Positions 39,401 to 49,781 of a stretch of DNA of 64,000 nt are shown piece by piece. Source of the stretch: Candidatus Parcubacteria bacterium (lineage in GTDB: Bacteria > Patescibacteriota > Minisyncoccia > Phycocordibacterales > JAACPR01); NCBI GenBank assembly GCA_039805545.1, contig JBDLUA010000007.1:1252-65251 (forward strand). The letters run 5' to 3'. A model generated the notes under the pieces. The model saw nothing but the letters and a program-made list of their open reading frames with translations, had not been told where the DNA came from and did not search any database. The translations under genes were made by a program, and so were the position numbers. The stretch's first letter is position 1. Every line of letters starts with the position of its first letter.

Positions 39401-39892
39401 GATGAAAGTATTCTTGTTGGAATGAAAGAAGTGCGAGATGTTGTAACTAAAGCACTTGAAGTTCGAGCTAAGGAAGCAATTAAGGTTCGACAGCCAATTC
39501 AAACTCTTGAAGTTAAAATTGCACTTGCTGATGAGTATAAAGATATTATTAAGGACGAAGTGAATGTAAAAGATATTGAGTTTAATGCACAACTTGAAAC
39601 TGATGTGTGGCTTGATACTACAATTACTCCAGAACTCAAAGAAGAGGGAGATGCACGAGAACTAATTCGAGCATTACAAGATCTTCGAAAGTCATCAGAA
39701 CTCTCTCCAGAAGATACAATCGTAGTACATCTTGCATGTTCAAGTGAATTCAAAACTATTGTAGAAAAATATTCTGACTTGATTCAATCAGTAACTCGAA
39801 CTCAAGAAATTATTTTTGAAAGTGAGTTACCTAGTGAGGAGATTGTATTGAATGAGTTTAAGGTGAAGGTGGTGGTGAGGAAGGTGGGGTAG
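36407..39892 (+). CDS. ileS: Isoleucine--tRNA ligase (type 2) with inserted histidine phosphatase domain
   Basis: DGPPFATGLPHYGH, GWDCHGLP, WTTTPWT, EGLDQTRGWFY, KMAKS; RHGE insert near 37900-38465. Confidence 0.95.
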   Translation: MSDTSNNEPNLSAVAQKEKEILEFWNTNQIFKKSLEKDSPKGEFTFYDGPPFATGLPHYGHILAGTMKDVIPRYKTMLGYHVRRQWGWDCHGLPIEKMIQSEHNLTTKKDIEEFGIKKFNQAAKASVFKYDKEWKHTVPLTGRFVDMDTSYTTMDPSFTKSVWWGFGEIYKKGLVYESFKVMHVSPLLETTLSNFEVNQGYRDITDISATVKFELVDEPNTFVLAWTTTPWTLPGNVALAVGNEVIYVKLKFEDSFYILAKDLVEKNFKEKQIEISEEYLGSELVGKSYKPVFEYYVKDKSLTNYENGWKMYPADFVTTTDGTGIVHIAPAFGEDDLNLGKQFNLPFVQHVKMNGEIKEEVTDLAGRQAKPKHDPQETDIEVIKLLAHRGTLFAKEKYTHSYPHCWRTDAPLLNFATSSWFIKVTDLKDQLIKNNNTIKWVPEAVGTGRFGNWLKEAKDWAISRSRFWGTPIPIWKSEDRKDVEVLSSLEHIKEKTKSTNTYLVLRHGEAEHNISKTTSDTNEVPSHLTQKGKEHISQVAQTLKNKKIDFIFVSPLMRAQETAEIVKEWCGLNSDQIITDERLKEVQTGFNGKSNDEYKNFFKNLEDRYEHKHELGESLLDIKKRVGDFIYDIDSKYSNKNILIISHEYPIWMLMSVKDGLNKTQTLALKEMEREFVKTGDVEELDFAKIPHDDNFELDFHRPYIDEITFVQNGKTFRRIEDVFDGWIDSGAMPFASAGYPYSKNVFKPGNFFFKDKGFPADFIAEGLDQTRGWFYTLLVWSTALFGKAPFKHVIVNGLVLAEDGKKMAKSLRNYPAVEDVLYKYGADALRYYLMSSTAVKADDLRFSEKGVDESMKKIVMRLDNVITFYEMYKDDSVVPSNSSSHILDKWIIARLAQTTSEITKALEGYELDKASRPLMDFVDDLSTWYLRRSRDRLKSDGEDKNLALATLRYSLREFAKVMAPIMPFKAEDTYLRTREMNEVESVHLCAWPTNNSFDESILVGMKEVRDVVTKALEVRAKEAIKVRQPIQTLEVKIALADEYKDIIKDEVNVKDIEFNAQLETDVWLDTTITPELKEEGDARELIRALQDLRKSSELSPEDTIVVHLACSSEFKTIVEKYSDLIQSVTRTQEIIFESELPSEEIVLNEFKVKVVVRKVG

Positions 39893-39964
39893 AGTAAAAA
39901 TAAAATTATAAAAAGAAGAACGGCGCGGACCAGGGGTCCGCGCCGTTTTATGAAAGAATCAGAA

Positions 39965-40528
39965 TCAGAGAAGTCTGTGATGCATTTCCTCAATCAATCT
40001 GCGAATTCTCCATTCGAGGTCCCCACCTGCAGTAAGATCAGTCTTAGGTGGTAACACAATCCAGTTCGGTGGAATATGTTTTCCTTCGCGGTTCATATTT
40101 TTTCTTGTGAATTTTCCTAAGACAAATATTCCAGCAAAGTTGTCTTTAGGATTACCCAGACTCTCTGCTAGGTACAGATCTGTCGTAAGTACAATATCGG
40201 GACTTCTTCTTGGATTTTCGATCAGATTGATTAGTCCTATTTCACGAAGAGAAATCGCGATATCTGCAAATTTCGAGTAATCAGGATCAAATTGACTGTA
40301 TAGATTGCCACAGTAGAGGTTTGCAGGACGATACCGTAAGGTTCTCAAGCGACACTGCAAGAGTCCGCCGTGTTTTTCCCAAAAGCGGCATGTTTCCTTT
40401 GAAATGTCGCGTGGTTGATTCACTGCTAATGGACCAGTCAATGTGAGCAATTGAGCGAGTGTAGCTCTGTCTTCCGGACTGCATGTTGGTCCACCATCTT
40501 CGATATTGTGTTTTCCAGGAGTGTTCAT
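39965..40528 (-). CDS. Hypothetical orphan protein
   Basis: Long ORF with atypical codon usage; start uncertain (ATG 40528). Confidence 0.5.
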   Translation of the reverse strand: MNTPGKHNIEDGGPTCSPEDRATLAQLLTLTGPLAVNQPRDISKETCRFWEKHGGLLQCRLRTLRYRPANLYCGNLYSQFDPDYSKFADIAISLREIGLINLIENPRRSPDIVLTTDLYLAESLGNPKDNFAGIFVLGKFTRKNMNREGKHIPPNWIVLPPKTDLTAGGDLEWRIRRLIEEMHHRLL

Positions 40529-40646
40529 TTCTGTGGTTTCCTTCTTTTGTTTATTTTGAATAGGAGCAGTTAGGCTCAAGACCTAGTTTTCTATCCATCG
40601 TTAAATTTACTCTCCGAACAATATTTGTCAATGATATACTAGATAT

Positions 40647-41234
40647 ATGTACTCCAAACTGAGCACACAAGCCATAATTTTAAAAACCGAAGATCAGGGG
40701 GAGAAGGATGTGTTTCTTTCGGTGTTTACACGTGAGTTTGGTTTTGTGTTTGCGAAGGCGACAGGCGTGAGGACGCAGTCCTCACGCCTTAGATTCGCTC
40801 TTCAACCCATGACTCTCTGTTTTGTTTCTCTCGTGCACGGTAAGACTGGTTGGATTTTGACTAACGCAACATTTCTTAAATCATATTATTTTGAATCTCT
40901 CAAACAAATTCAAAAACAAACTCTCACAAAAATTCTCCATCTTCTCGGTCGTCTCTATATTGGGGAAGAGGCCGATCCAGAACTTTTTGATTTTATCGAA
41001 CAAGAACTCAACCGAGCGATTGCAGATGATTTGGATGTTGATCAATTAAAACAATTAGAGATTTTTATTGTGTTTAGAATTCTCGAACAATTAGGATATA
41101 TCGAAAAGCACGCTACTGTGAAGCCGCTTTCAAACAAAACCTCATATACTCAAGAGATAGAGGAATATATACAAAAAAACAAAGAGCAAATCACACCTTT
41201 TATCAATGCTGCTATTAGAACAAGTGGGCTGTAA
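40647..41234 (+). CDS. recO: DNA repair protein RecO
   Basis: AIILK..GEKD..VFTREFG..AKATGVR..SRL. Confidence 0.8.
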   Translation: MYSKLSTQAIILKTEDQGEKDVFLSVFTREFGFVFAKATGVRTQSSRLRFALQPMTLCFVSLVHGKTGWILTNATFLKSYYFESLKQIQKQTLTKILHLLGRLYIGEEADPELFDFIEQELNRAIADDLDVDQLKQLEIFIVFRILEQLGYIEKHATVKPLSNKTSYTQEIEEYIQKNKEQITPFINAAIRTSGL

Positions 41235-41419
41235 TTAGCACGTCATCCCTGTTCTCAATTACGTCATCCTCGCGAAGGCGAGGATCCAGTCTGTATCAAA
41301 GAAATATAATTAGCAAAAGGCAAACCCTTTGGGTTTGCCTTTTGCAGTCCTGGATCCTCGCCTTCGCGAGGATGACGTACTAATGTTGCCCTCGAGCAAA
41401 TGTTAGGATGACATGCTAA
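41235..41419. repeat. REP-like nested doublet, copy B
   Basis: Units at 41261-41289 and 41349-41383 enclose a GCAAAAGGCAAACCC hairpin; partial outer units. Confidence 0.9.
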
Positions 41420-41463
41420 TTGCTTTTCTTCGCTACTTTACGACTCAATGTTATAATTCTTTT

Positions 41464-43380
41464 ATGGAAAATTTTGAAAAACCTAATCGTATCGAAGAAC
41501 TCGAGAAAAAACTCTATTCTCAAAATCAACAAGTAACTCAAAAAGATCGAAAACCTCTTAGATCAAAAGAGTATGATGTTGCGCATGATTGGCAATCTGA
41601 TTCAGCTGATACTATAACTGATTCTGCGTTAGTTGTTGAAGAAAAAAAACCAAATTGGTTTTTTAGATTTTTTATAGTTGCACTTATATTTTTTATTGGT
41701 GCAGGTGCATACCTGGGTATAACTTGGTATCTTAATTCGGGTGTTGATGCATCTTCTGTTGATATTTTGGTGAATGCACCACTTACAATTGGTGCGGGTG
41801 AAGTATTAAATTTCGAAGTTACTGCACAAAACCAAAATCAAATTCCGATAACATATGTCGAAATGGATGTACAATACCCAGATGGTACTCGTTCATCGTC
41901 TGATATCGGACAAGACTTACGAACTACAACTGAGAAGGTGGATTCTCTTGCTATTGGAGAAATAATGAAACGGAATTACCAGAGTCTTTTGTTTGGTGAG
42001 GAAAGTGAAAAGAAAGAAATTACTATATTTTTAACATATCAAGCAGAAGGTTCTACAAAACTTTTTAAAAAAGAAAAAAAGTTTGATGTCGTTCTTTCGT
42101 CAACTCCCATTAGGCTTACGATTACTAATGTTAAAGAAACAACAGCAGGGCAGGATGTAGACTTTACTGTCGAGCTTGTCTCTAATTCGAGTCAAACACT
42201 TAAGAATGTAATCGTACAAGCAGTATATCCTTTTGGATTTTCATATAAAAGTTCAACACTTTCTCCTCAAGAAGACAAAAAAACTTGGATTATAGAATCA
42301 CTTAAACCTAAAGAAGCACTTACTTTTTCGGTTAAAGGAAAAATTGAAGGACAAAATAAAGACGATCGATATTTTAAATTTTTGGTAGGTTTACAAAAAC
42401 CAAATACAAATGAACCACAAGTGGTCTTTTCTTCAAAAGATACAACGATTGCAATAACAAGACCGTTTCTTGAATTGGATTTGAGTATTGATCAGGATAA
42501 TAATGATATCATTGTTGTTGACCCAGCAAAGACACAATCTTCGATGATTACATTTAAAAATAATAGCGAATTTCCTTTGCGAAATGCAATGATTACCCTT
42601 AAAATCTCAGGCTCTTCAATTGTTAAAAGTTCAGTAAGTGTTGCGGAGGGATTTTATCAATCTCTTACTGATACTATTTCTTGGGATTATACAACTGCAG
42701 AAGATCTTGTTTCTATACCAATTGGTACCACAGGACACGTATCTTTTTCTTTTAATAGTCTTACTTCTTCACTTCAACAAATTATTACAAATCCAGAAGT
42801 TCTCTTTACAATTAATGTTAAGGCAAATAGAAATCCTCAAAATCAAGTTGCTGATACAATTGAAAATTCAATTATTAAGAAAATTAGATTTAATACTCAA
42901 GTAACTTTAGATACACAAAGTAATCACTATACTTCGGTTTTTCAAAACTCAGGACCTGTTCCACCAAAGGCTGAGCAAAGGACTACTTACACGGGAACAA
43001 TCACTTTAAAAAATACAACCAATGCCATCTCAAACGGAACTGTTACTATGAAGATACCAAATTATGTTCAATATGAAGGAGCTTTTGCACCAGCAAGTGA
43101 GAGTGTCTCGTTTGATTCGACAAGTAGAATTTTGACATGGAATTTAGGTTCTGTTGCTGCAAAGACCGGATATCTTGGTATTGCTCCCCGACAGATACAT
43201 ATACAATTTGGTATTATTCCAAGTATAAGTCAGGTTGGAATGGCGCCGGTATTGGCAGAACATATTATATTTAACGGAACAGATACATTTACTAAGAGTG
43301 AAATAACTCAAGAAGGTGAGGATATCTCTACAGCAATTGAGGATTCACTCGAATATCGTGATGGGGATGTTTCAAGATAG
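41464..43380 (+). CDS. Single-TM protein with large extracellular beta-rich (DUF11/Ig-like) repeats
   Basis: One TM followed by repeated beta-sandwich-like segments; start moved to ATG 41464. Confidence 0.7.
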   Translation: MENFEKPNRIEELEKKLYSQNQQVTQKDRKPLRSKEYDVAHDWQSDSADTITDSALVVEEKKPNWFFRFFIVALIFFIGAGAYLGITWYLNSGVDASSVDILVNAPLTIGAGEVLNFEVTAQNQNQIPITYVEMDVQYPDGTRSSSDIGQDLRTTTEKVDSLAIGEIMKRNYQSLLFGEESEKKEITIFLTYQAEGSTKLFKKEKKFDVVLSSTPIRLTITNVKETTAGQDVDFTVELVSNSSQTLKNVIVQAVYPFGFSYKSSTLSPQEDKKTWIIESLKPKEALTFSVKGKIEGQNKDDRYFKFLVGLQKPNTNEPQVVFSSKDTTIAITRPFLELDLSIDQDNNDIIVVDPAKTQSSMITFKNNSEFPLRNAMITLKISGSSIVKSSVSVAEGFYQSLTDTISWDYTTAEDLVSIPIGTTGHVSFSFNSLTSSLQQIITNPEVLFTINVKANRNPQNQVADTIENSIIKKIRFNTQVTLDTQSNHYTSVFQNSGPVPPKAEQRTTYTGTITLKNTTNAISNGTVTMKIPNYVQYEGAFAPASESVSFDSTSRILTWNLGSVAAKTGYLGIAPRQIHIQFGIIPSISQVGMAPVLAEHIIFNGTDTFTKSEITQEGEDISTAIEDSLEYRDGDVSR

Positions 43381-43421
43381 GGATGCTTTTAAAAATTAAA
43401 AAATAAGGTATTGTACAAGAT

Positions 43422-44774
43422 ATGAAATCAACAGAACATCAAGAACAAATGGAGAAGATTGTTTCTCTTTGTAAACGAAGAGGTTTTTTCTTTAAAGGAT
43501 CAGAAATCTACGGAGGATTTGCGGGGTTTTTTGACTATGGTCCACTTGGTGTAATGCTCAAAAAAAATGTTGAGAATATTTGGTGGAATATGTTTGTAGA
43601 GTCTCCAGAAGATATGTATGGAATTGATGCTGCTCTCGTAATGCATCCCCAAACATATCAAGCAAGTGGTCATGCAAAAAACTTTGCAGACCCTATGGTT
43701 GAAGATCTTAAGACAAATAGACGATATCGAGCTGACCATATTCTTGAAGAAAATGGAATTAGTGTTGTAGGACTTACTCCTGATCAGATGAATCAAATTA
43801 TTGTAGAAAAGGGGATTAAAAGTCCTGACGGAAATCCACTTGGAGAAGTGACACAATTTAATATGATGTTCCAAACTTTTGTTGGAGCAAATGCAGACTC
43901 AGAATCACGAACATTTCTTCGACCCGAGACTGCACAAGGTATTTTTACAAACTATAAGAATGTTCTTGATACGCTTCATCCAAAGCTTCCATTTGGAATT
44001 GGGCAAATTGGTAAATCATTTAGAAACGAAATTGCTCCACGAGATTTTCTATTTCGAGTTCGAGAATTTTCACAAATGGAAGTTGAATATTTTGTTGATC
44101 CAAAAGATTGGGAAAAATATTTTGAAAAATTTCAAAAGAAAGTATGGGATTTTATTTCTACTGTAGGAATTGATACAAAAAAAGTATCAGAACTCGAAGT
44201 TGCAGATGAAGATAGAGCTTTTTATTCAAAACGAACTATTGATTTTGAATTTGAATATCCATTTGGAAAAAAAGAATTATACGGTCTTGCATATCGAACT
44301 GATTATGACCTTAAAGGACATGGAGAAGTTTCAAAGGTAGACTTGTCGTATTTTGATGAAGAAACACGAGAGAGATTTATTCCGCATGTAATCGAACCAT
44401 CATTTGGTCTTGAGCGAACCATTCTTGCAATACTTTCAAGTGCATATAGCGAAGATGAAGTAAATGGTGAGACTCGAGTGTTTCTTAAATTAAATAAAGA
44501 TATCGCACCATATCAATGTGCTGTATTTCCACTTCTTAAAAACAAACCAGACCTCGTTGCAAAAGCAAAGGAAGTATATGATCTTTTAAAAAAGAAGGGA
44601 ATCAGAGTTATGTTTGATGATAATGGAAATATTGGGAAACGATATCGAAGACAAGATGAGATTGGAACTCCAGAATGTATCACTGTTGATTTTGATACTC
44701 TTGAGGATAATACTGTAACAGTCCGAGATAGAGATACTGGAGAGCAAAAGAGGGTGAAGATTGAGGAGTTATAA
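43422..44774 (+). CDS. glyQS: Glycine--tRNA ligase, homodimeric type
   Basis: DYGPLG, LRPETAQGIF, FRNEI, VIEPSFG, IGKRYRRQDEIG. Confidence 0.95.
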   Translation: MKSTEHQEQMEKIVSLCKRRGFFFKGSEIYGGFAGFFDYGPLGVMLKKNVENIWWNMFVESPEDMYGIDAALVMHPQTYQASGHAKNFADPMVEDLKTNRRYRADHILEENGISVVGLTPDQMNQIIVEKGIKSPDGNPLGEVTQFNMMFQTFVGANADSESRTFLRPETAQGIFTNYKNVLDTLHPKLPFGIGQIGKSFRNEIAPRDFLFRVREFSQMEVEYFVDPKDWEKYFEKFQKKVWDFISTVGIDTKKVSELEVADEDRAFYSKRTIDFEFEYPFGKKELYGLAYRTDYDLKGHGEVSKVDLSYFDEETRERFIPHVIEPSFGLERTILAILSSAYSEDEVNGETRVFLKLNKDIAPYQCAVFPLLKNKPDLVAKAKEVYDLLKKKGIRVMFDDNGNIGKRYRRQDEIGTPECITVDFDTLEDNTVTVRDRDTGEQKRVKIEEL

Positions 44775-44809
44775 AAAACAGAGGCCAGCGCGCAGCGCTG
44801 GCCTCTTCG

Positions 44810-45001
44810 TTATTCGAGAGCGAGTTCAATGATTGCGCCCCCGATGAAGAGAAAGACAGTTCCAAGTCCTCCAAAAATCTTGATGGAAGTTCCGGAGGTC
44901 TCAACGCCTATCTTTTTCTGCGTGTATTCGTTCCATGCGACAAACAGAAGAATGAGCGCAGTTAGAACGACGACGACACCAATCTTGATGAGAGCTGGCA
45001 T
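44810..45001 (-). CDS. Small two-TM hypothetical protein
   Basis: 63 aa with two hydrophobic helices; shares a terminator with glyQS. Confidence 0.5.
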   Translation of the reverse strand: MPALIKIGVVVVLTALILLFVAWNEYTQKKIGVETSGTSIKIFGGLGTVFLFIGGAIIELALE

Positions 45002-45088
45002 GGCTTTGTGTCTGGATTCTATTTCAGAATAACTCCCATGATTTGTTTGTCAATTTACCTGTACACTAATTTATGTATAATACCCATC

Positions 45089-46360
45089 ATGAAATACAAA
45101 AAGACAGTACTTAAAAATGGCCTTAGAATAATTACTGTACCACTTACCGATAGTCAAAGTGCTATTGGTATGATTCTTGTTGAAACAGGCTCTGATTATG
45201 AATCTAAAGAGCAAAATGGTCTTTCGCATTTTCTCGAGCACATGGTGTTTAAGGAAACAACAAACCGAACGGGTGATCAAATCAAATTAGAAATTGATAG
45301 TATGGGGGCATCTTCAAATGCTTTTACTTCAAATGAATATACGGGCTATTATGCGAAGGCAAGTAAAGAAAAAATTTCAAAAATTATAGATTTTGTTTCT
45401 GACATGTATCTTAATCCAACTTTTCCTCAAAAAGATATTGATATTGAAAGAGGGGTAATTATTGAAGAGATAAATATGTATGAAGACGAACCACAAGAAG
45501 TGGTTTCAAATAAGTGGCAAGAACTTTTATATTCAGATATGTCTGCAGGCAGAACTATTATAGGTACAAAAGAAAATATCAGAGCGTTTACGAGAGAAGA
45601 CTTTATTTCATATCATGCAAAGCATTATGTTCCTGCAAAGACTGTAGTTGTAGTAGGTGGAGGTATTAATGAAAAAGAAGTGCTTACACAAATTAAAAAA
45701 ATATTTGGTTCACTCTCTACAAAAAAAGTGGTTACACGTTCAAAGACGAAATCCATTCAAACAAAACCACAACTTTCTCTTACAACAAAAAAGATAGATC
45801 AGGCACATCTTATTTTAGGTTTTAGATCTTTTGATATGTATAATCCAAAAAACTATGCACTCAAACTTGCAGCAGCTGTATTGGGGCAAGGGTTTAGTTC
45901 TCGATTATTTGGAAAAATGAGAGATGAACTTGGACTTTGCTATTATATCGGTGCAGGTGTGAGAACTTACACAGATAGAGGAGTCTTTCGAGTTCGTTCA
46001 GGCGTAACTTTGGATAGAATCGATGAAGCTATTACTGTACTTATGCAAGAGTTCAAAAAAATTCGTGACGAAAAAATTCCTGCTTCTGAATTACAAAAAG
46101 CAAAAGATATGCTTATTGGAAATTTTTCTATTGGACTTGAAACGTCAGAAGATGTTGCAGATTTTTTTGGATTTCAAGAACTGCTTCACGATGAAATTTT
46201 AAAACCAAATGATGTAATAAAGAAAATCAAAGCCGTCACCGCAGATGAAATACAAAAAGTGCTAAAGGAAATTATGAAAGAAAAGAATTTAAATCTTGCA
46301 CTTATCGGTCCTTTTGAAAAAGAAGATGAGAAGAGGTTCGAGAAGTTATTAAAAATTTAG
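45089..46360 (+). CDS. M16 family (pitrilysin-like) zinc peptidase
   Basis: HFLEH, NAFT, SSRLF..RDELGLCY; start moved to ATG 45089. Confidence 0.92.
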   Translation: MKYKKTVLKNGLRIITVPLTDSQSAIGMILVETGSDYESKEQNGLSHFLEHMVFKETTNRTGDQIKLEIDSMGASSNAFTSNEYTGYYAKASKEKISKIIDFVSDMYLNPTFPQKDIDIERGVIIEEINMYEDEPQEVVSNKWQELLYSDMSAGRTIIGTKENIRAFTREDFISYHAKHYVPAKTVVVVGGGINEKEVLTQIKKIFGSLSTKKVVTRSKTKSIQTKPQLSLTTKKIDQAHLILGFRSFDMYNPKNYALKLAAAVLGQGFSSRLFGKMRDELGLCYYIGAGVRTYTDRGVFRVRSGVTLDRIDEAITVLMQEFKKIRDEKIPASELQKAKDMLIGNFSIGLETSEDVADFFGFQELLHDEILKPNDVIKKIKAVTADEIQKVLKEIMKEKNLNLALIGPFEKEDEKRFEKLLKI

Positions 46361-46430
46361 TGAAGTTAAAGGGGTGGCCCCTGCGGGGCCACCCCTTTAA
46401 CTTGCATACTTTTGTGATACTATGAACTGT

Positions 46431-47507
46431 ATGAAAGACTCAAATCAACCAATATCTATTCATATTACAAGCGGAACAATTATTAAAGGAATCGTTATAT
46501 TACTTCTTGTGTATCTTGGATTTATTCTAAGAAATCTTTTGTTGGTGATTCTTACTTCTGTAGTAATCGCGTCAGCGGTTGAACCAATTACTAAGTGGTT
46601 TATGAAAAAACGAATTCCAAGATCTCTTGCTGTGGTAACTATTTATCTTGGAGTCTTTGTTGCAATTGCAGGTATTACAACAGTGGTAATACCTCCTCTT
46701 GCTGAAGATATAAGAGCAACTCTTATAACTCTTCCACAGTATGTTCAAGCAATTAGTCCTCAAGATTTAGAAAAAGTTCCAGGACTTTCTCTTATATTTA
46801 ATCAATTCACAAATTCACTGAGTTCTGGAGATTTAATTCAACAAGTAGGAGGGTACGCAGGCAAAGCTACATTTGGATTCTTTCAGACAGCAGGAACAAT
46901 CTTCGGTAGTTTGTTAAGTTTTGTGATGATTATCGTTATTTCATTTTATCTTGCAGTTCAAGATGATGGAGTTTCAAGTTTCTTGAGAGTTGTTACACCT
47001 ATTAAACATGAAAAATATATTATTGATTTGTGGAAGCGAGCACAAAAAAAGATTGGTCTATGGATGCAAGGACAACTTCTTCTTGGGGTAATCGTCGGAG
47101 TACTCACATACCTAGGATTGAGTATCCTTGGTGTTGAGAATGCGTTGCTTCTTGCTCTTATTGCAGCAGTATTTGAGCTTATTCCAATCTTCGGGCCAAT
47201 TCTTTCTGCAATTCCAGCAATTGGAATCGCTCTCATTCAAGATGGATTTTCTTTGGCTCTTATTACACTTGGGTTATATTTGATTATTCAACAATTTGAA
47301 AACCACCTAATTCACCCATTGGTAGTAAAGAAAATTGTAGGAATTCCTTCACTCCTTGCTATTTTGTCTTTGATTGTTGGGGCACAACTTGCAGGATTTC
47401 TTGGAATGATTATCGCTGTTCCGGTAGCTGCCGCTTTGATGGAGTATCTTTCTGATGTAGAAAAAGATAAAGTTGCAGAACTTGAAAAACTCAATCCAAA
47501 GGCGTAA
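46431..47507 (+). CDS. AI-2E family transporter
   Basis: Multi-TM, ELIPIFGP, QQFENHLIHP, GMIIAVP. Confidence 0.88.
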   Translation: MKDSNQPISIHITSGTIIKGIVILLLVYLGFILRNLLLVILTSVVIASAVEPITKWFMKKRIPRSLAVVTIYLGVFVAIAGITTVVIPPLAEDIRATLITLPQYVQAISPQDLEKVPGLSLIFNQFTNSLSSGDLIQQVGGYAGKATFGFFQTAGTIFGSLLSFVMIIVISFYLAVQDDGVSSFLRVVTPIKHEKYIIDLWKRAQKKIGLWMQGQLLLGVIVGVLTYLGLSILGVENALLLALIAAVFELIPIFGPILSAIPAIGIALIQDGFSLALITLGLYLIIQQFENHLIHPLVVKKIVGIPSLLAILSLIVGAQLAGFLGMIIAVPVAAALMEYLSDVEKDKVAELEKLNPKA

Positions 47508-47518
47508 GGTTAAGAATT

Positions 47519-48967
47519 ATGAAAGAAAAAAAGAATTTTTATATCACAACCACATTGCCATATGTGAATGCAAAGCCACATATTGGATTTGCTATTGAAG
47601 TTATTCGAGCAGATGCTATTGCTCGATTCATGCGAAAGATGGGAAAAAATGTTTTTTTCAATACTGGAACAGATGAACATGGAGTAAAGATTTTTCTTAA
47701 GGCTCAAGAAGTGGGAATCACTGCGCAACAACTTGTAGATAAGAATGCAGAACTTTACAAAGAATTAATGCAAAAGCTTACTATCTCAAATGATGCATTT
47801 ATTCGAACGACAGACGAGGTTCATATTAAATCTGCACAAGCATTTTGGAATGTATGTAATGAAAAAGGATATATAGAAAAGAGAACATATTCAGGACTTT
47901 ATTGTCGGGGGTGTGAGTTATTTAAAACAGAAAGAGATTTGGTAGATGGAAAGTGTATAGATCATCCAACAACTCCACTTGAACAAATTTCAGAAGAAAA
48001 TTATTTCTTCCTTTATTCAAAGTTTGCACAAGACCTTTTAAATTTATATGAACAAAAAGATTTTGTTATTCCGGAATTTCGTTTGAATGAAATTAAAAAT
48101 CAAATTAAAGAAGGACTCGAAGACTTTAGTATCTCTCGAGTAAAAGAAAAAATGCAATGGGGGATTCCAGTTCCAGGCGATGATACTCAAGTGATGTATG
48201 TATGGTTTGATGCGCTTGTAAACTATATTTCTACTATTGGTTGGCCACACAATATGGAGCAATTTAATACATTCTGGAATCCAGAAGTTTCTACAATGGT
48301 TCAAATTTGTGGAAAGGACAATCTTCGACAACAAAGTGCAATGTGGCAGGCAATGCTTATTGCAGCAGGGCTTCCAGCAACATCTCACATTATTATTAAT
48401 GGATTTGTAACATTAAATGGTCAAAAGATTTCAAAAAGTCTTGGAAACACAATTGACCCGCTTGATGTGGTGAATGAGTTTGGTGTGGATGCGCTTCGAT
48501 ACTTCGCAATTCGAGAACTAAGCCCGTATGAAGATGGGGATTTTGATACGAATCGATTCAAAGAGGCGTACAATGCAAATCTTGCAAATGGTATTGGTAA
48601 CCTTACAAACCGAATTCTCAAAATGGCGCAAGACAATATTTCAAAGAGTGATGTTGTATTATCTGATACTGCCTTTCATCAAATCGGAGACTATGTAGAT
48701 GCAATGTATTCTTTGAATCTAAATTTTGCATCACATATTGCCTGGCATCATATTGCAGAACTTGATAAATACATTCAACAAACAGAACCATTCAAACTTG
48801 TAAAAACAAATCCAGAAGAAGGAAAAAAGATCATTGCAGAACTTGTTTCAAGACTTCATACAATTGCACATATGGTAGAACCATTTATCCCAACTGCCTC
48901 AAAACAAATATTTGATGCGATAGAGAAGTTTGAGAAGCCTGAAGTACCAGTGTTTAATCGGATATAA
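47519..48967 (+). CDS. metG: Methionine--tRNA ligase, short form without C-terminal OB domain
   Basis: YVNAKPHIG, GTDEHG, YVWFDAL, KISKS. Confidence 0.95.
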   Translation: MKEKKNFYITTTLPYVNAKPHIGFAIEVIRADAIARFMRKMGKNVFFNTGTDEHGVKIFLKAQEVGITAQQLVDKNAELYKELMQKLTISNDAFIRTTDEVHIKSAQAFWNVCNEKGYIEKRTYSGLYCRGCELFKTERDLVDGKCIDHPTTPLEQISEENYFFLYSKFAQDLLNLYEQKDFVIPEFRLNEIKNQIKEGLEDFSISRVKEKMQWGIPVPGDDTQVMYVWFDALVNYISTIGWPHNMEQFNTFWNPEVSTMVQICGKDNLRQQSAMWQAMLIAAGLPATSHIIINGFVTLNGQKISKSLGNTIDPLDVVNEFGVDALRYFAIRELSPYEDGDFDTNRFKEAYNANLANGIGNLTNRILKMAQDNISKSDVVLSDTAFHQIGDYVDAMYSLNLNFASHIAWHHIAELDKYIQQTEPFKLVKTNPEEGKKIIAELVSRLHTIAHMVEPFIPTASKQIFDAIEKFEKPEVPVFNRI

Positions 48968-48971
48968 AAAT

Positions 48972-49739
48972 ATGAAATACATCGACATACACGCTCATCT
49001 CGACTTTCCGGACTTTAATCCTGATAGACAAGAAATTCTTGCTGATATGCAATCTCAAAGCATTGGTCATTTTAATATTGGTACATGTGTAGAGACAAGC
49101 AAAAACTCAATTTTTCTTGCAGAAGAAAATGAACATGTATGGGCGATTGTTGGAATTCATCCACTTAATGTTGATGAATCAAAAATAGAAGATGTTGTAG
49201 TGATTGAATCTCTTGTCTCACATCCTAAATGTCTTGCAATAGGAGAGTGTGGTCTTGATTTTTTTCGAGAAGATAACGAAGAGATTCGAACAAGACAAAC
49301 AGAATTTTTTAAAAAACAAATTGAACTTGCGATTAAGTACAACAAACCTCTGATGATTCATTGTCGAAGTGCGTATCCTGAAACATTAGAAATCCTTGAA
49401 TCATACAAAGTACAGAATCCAAGTCTTCATGCACACTTTCATTTTTTTACAGAAACTATTGAGATTGCAAAAAGAATTCTTTCTCAAGGTTGGACACTTT
49501 CATTTACGGGCCCGATTACATTTGCTAATTATGATGAACTTGTAAAATTTGTGCCAGTTGAATCTCTTATGGTTGAAACAGATGCTCCATATGCCTCTCC
49601 AAAGTCAAAAAGAGGACAGAGAAACGATCCACGAAATGTAATCGAAATACTAGCCAAAATAGCCCAAATAAAGGCTATTCCACACGATGAACTCGCTCAA
49701 AAAATACGAGAGAATGTGAGAAGAGTGTTTCATATTTAA
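48972..49739 (+). CDS. tatD: TatD family DNase
   Basis: IDIHAH, GIHP, IGECGLD, ETDAPY; start moved to ATG 48972. Confidence 0.93.
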   Translation: MKYIDIHAHLDFPDFNPDRQEILADMQSQSIGHFNIGTCVETSKNSIFLAEENEHVWAIVGIHPLNVDESKIEDVVVIESLVSHPKCLAIGECGLDFFREDNEEIRTRQTEFFKKQIELAIKYNKPLMIHCRSAYPETLEILESYKVQNPSLHAHFHFFTETIEIAKRILSQGWTLSFTGPITFANYDELVKFVPVESLMVETDAPYASPKSKRGQRNDPRNVIEILAKIAQIKAIPHDELAQKIRENVRRVFHI

Positions 49740-49781
49740 GCATTGATAGACAAAGTTTTTGCAAGATGACATAATTTAGTT

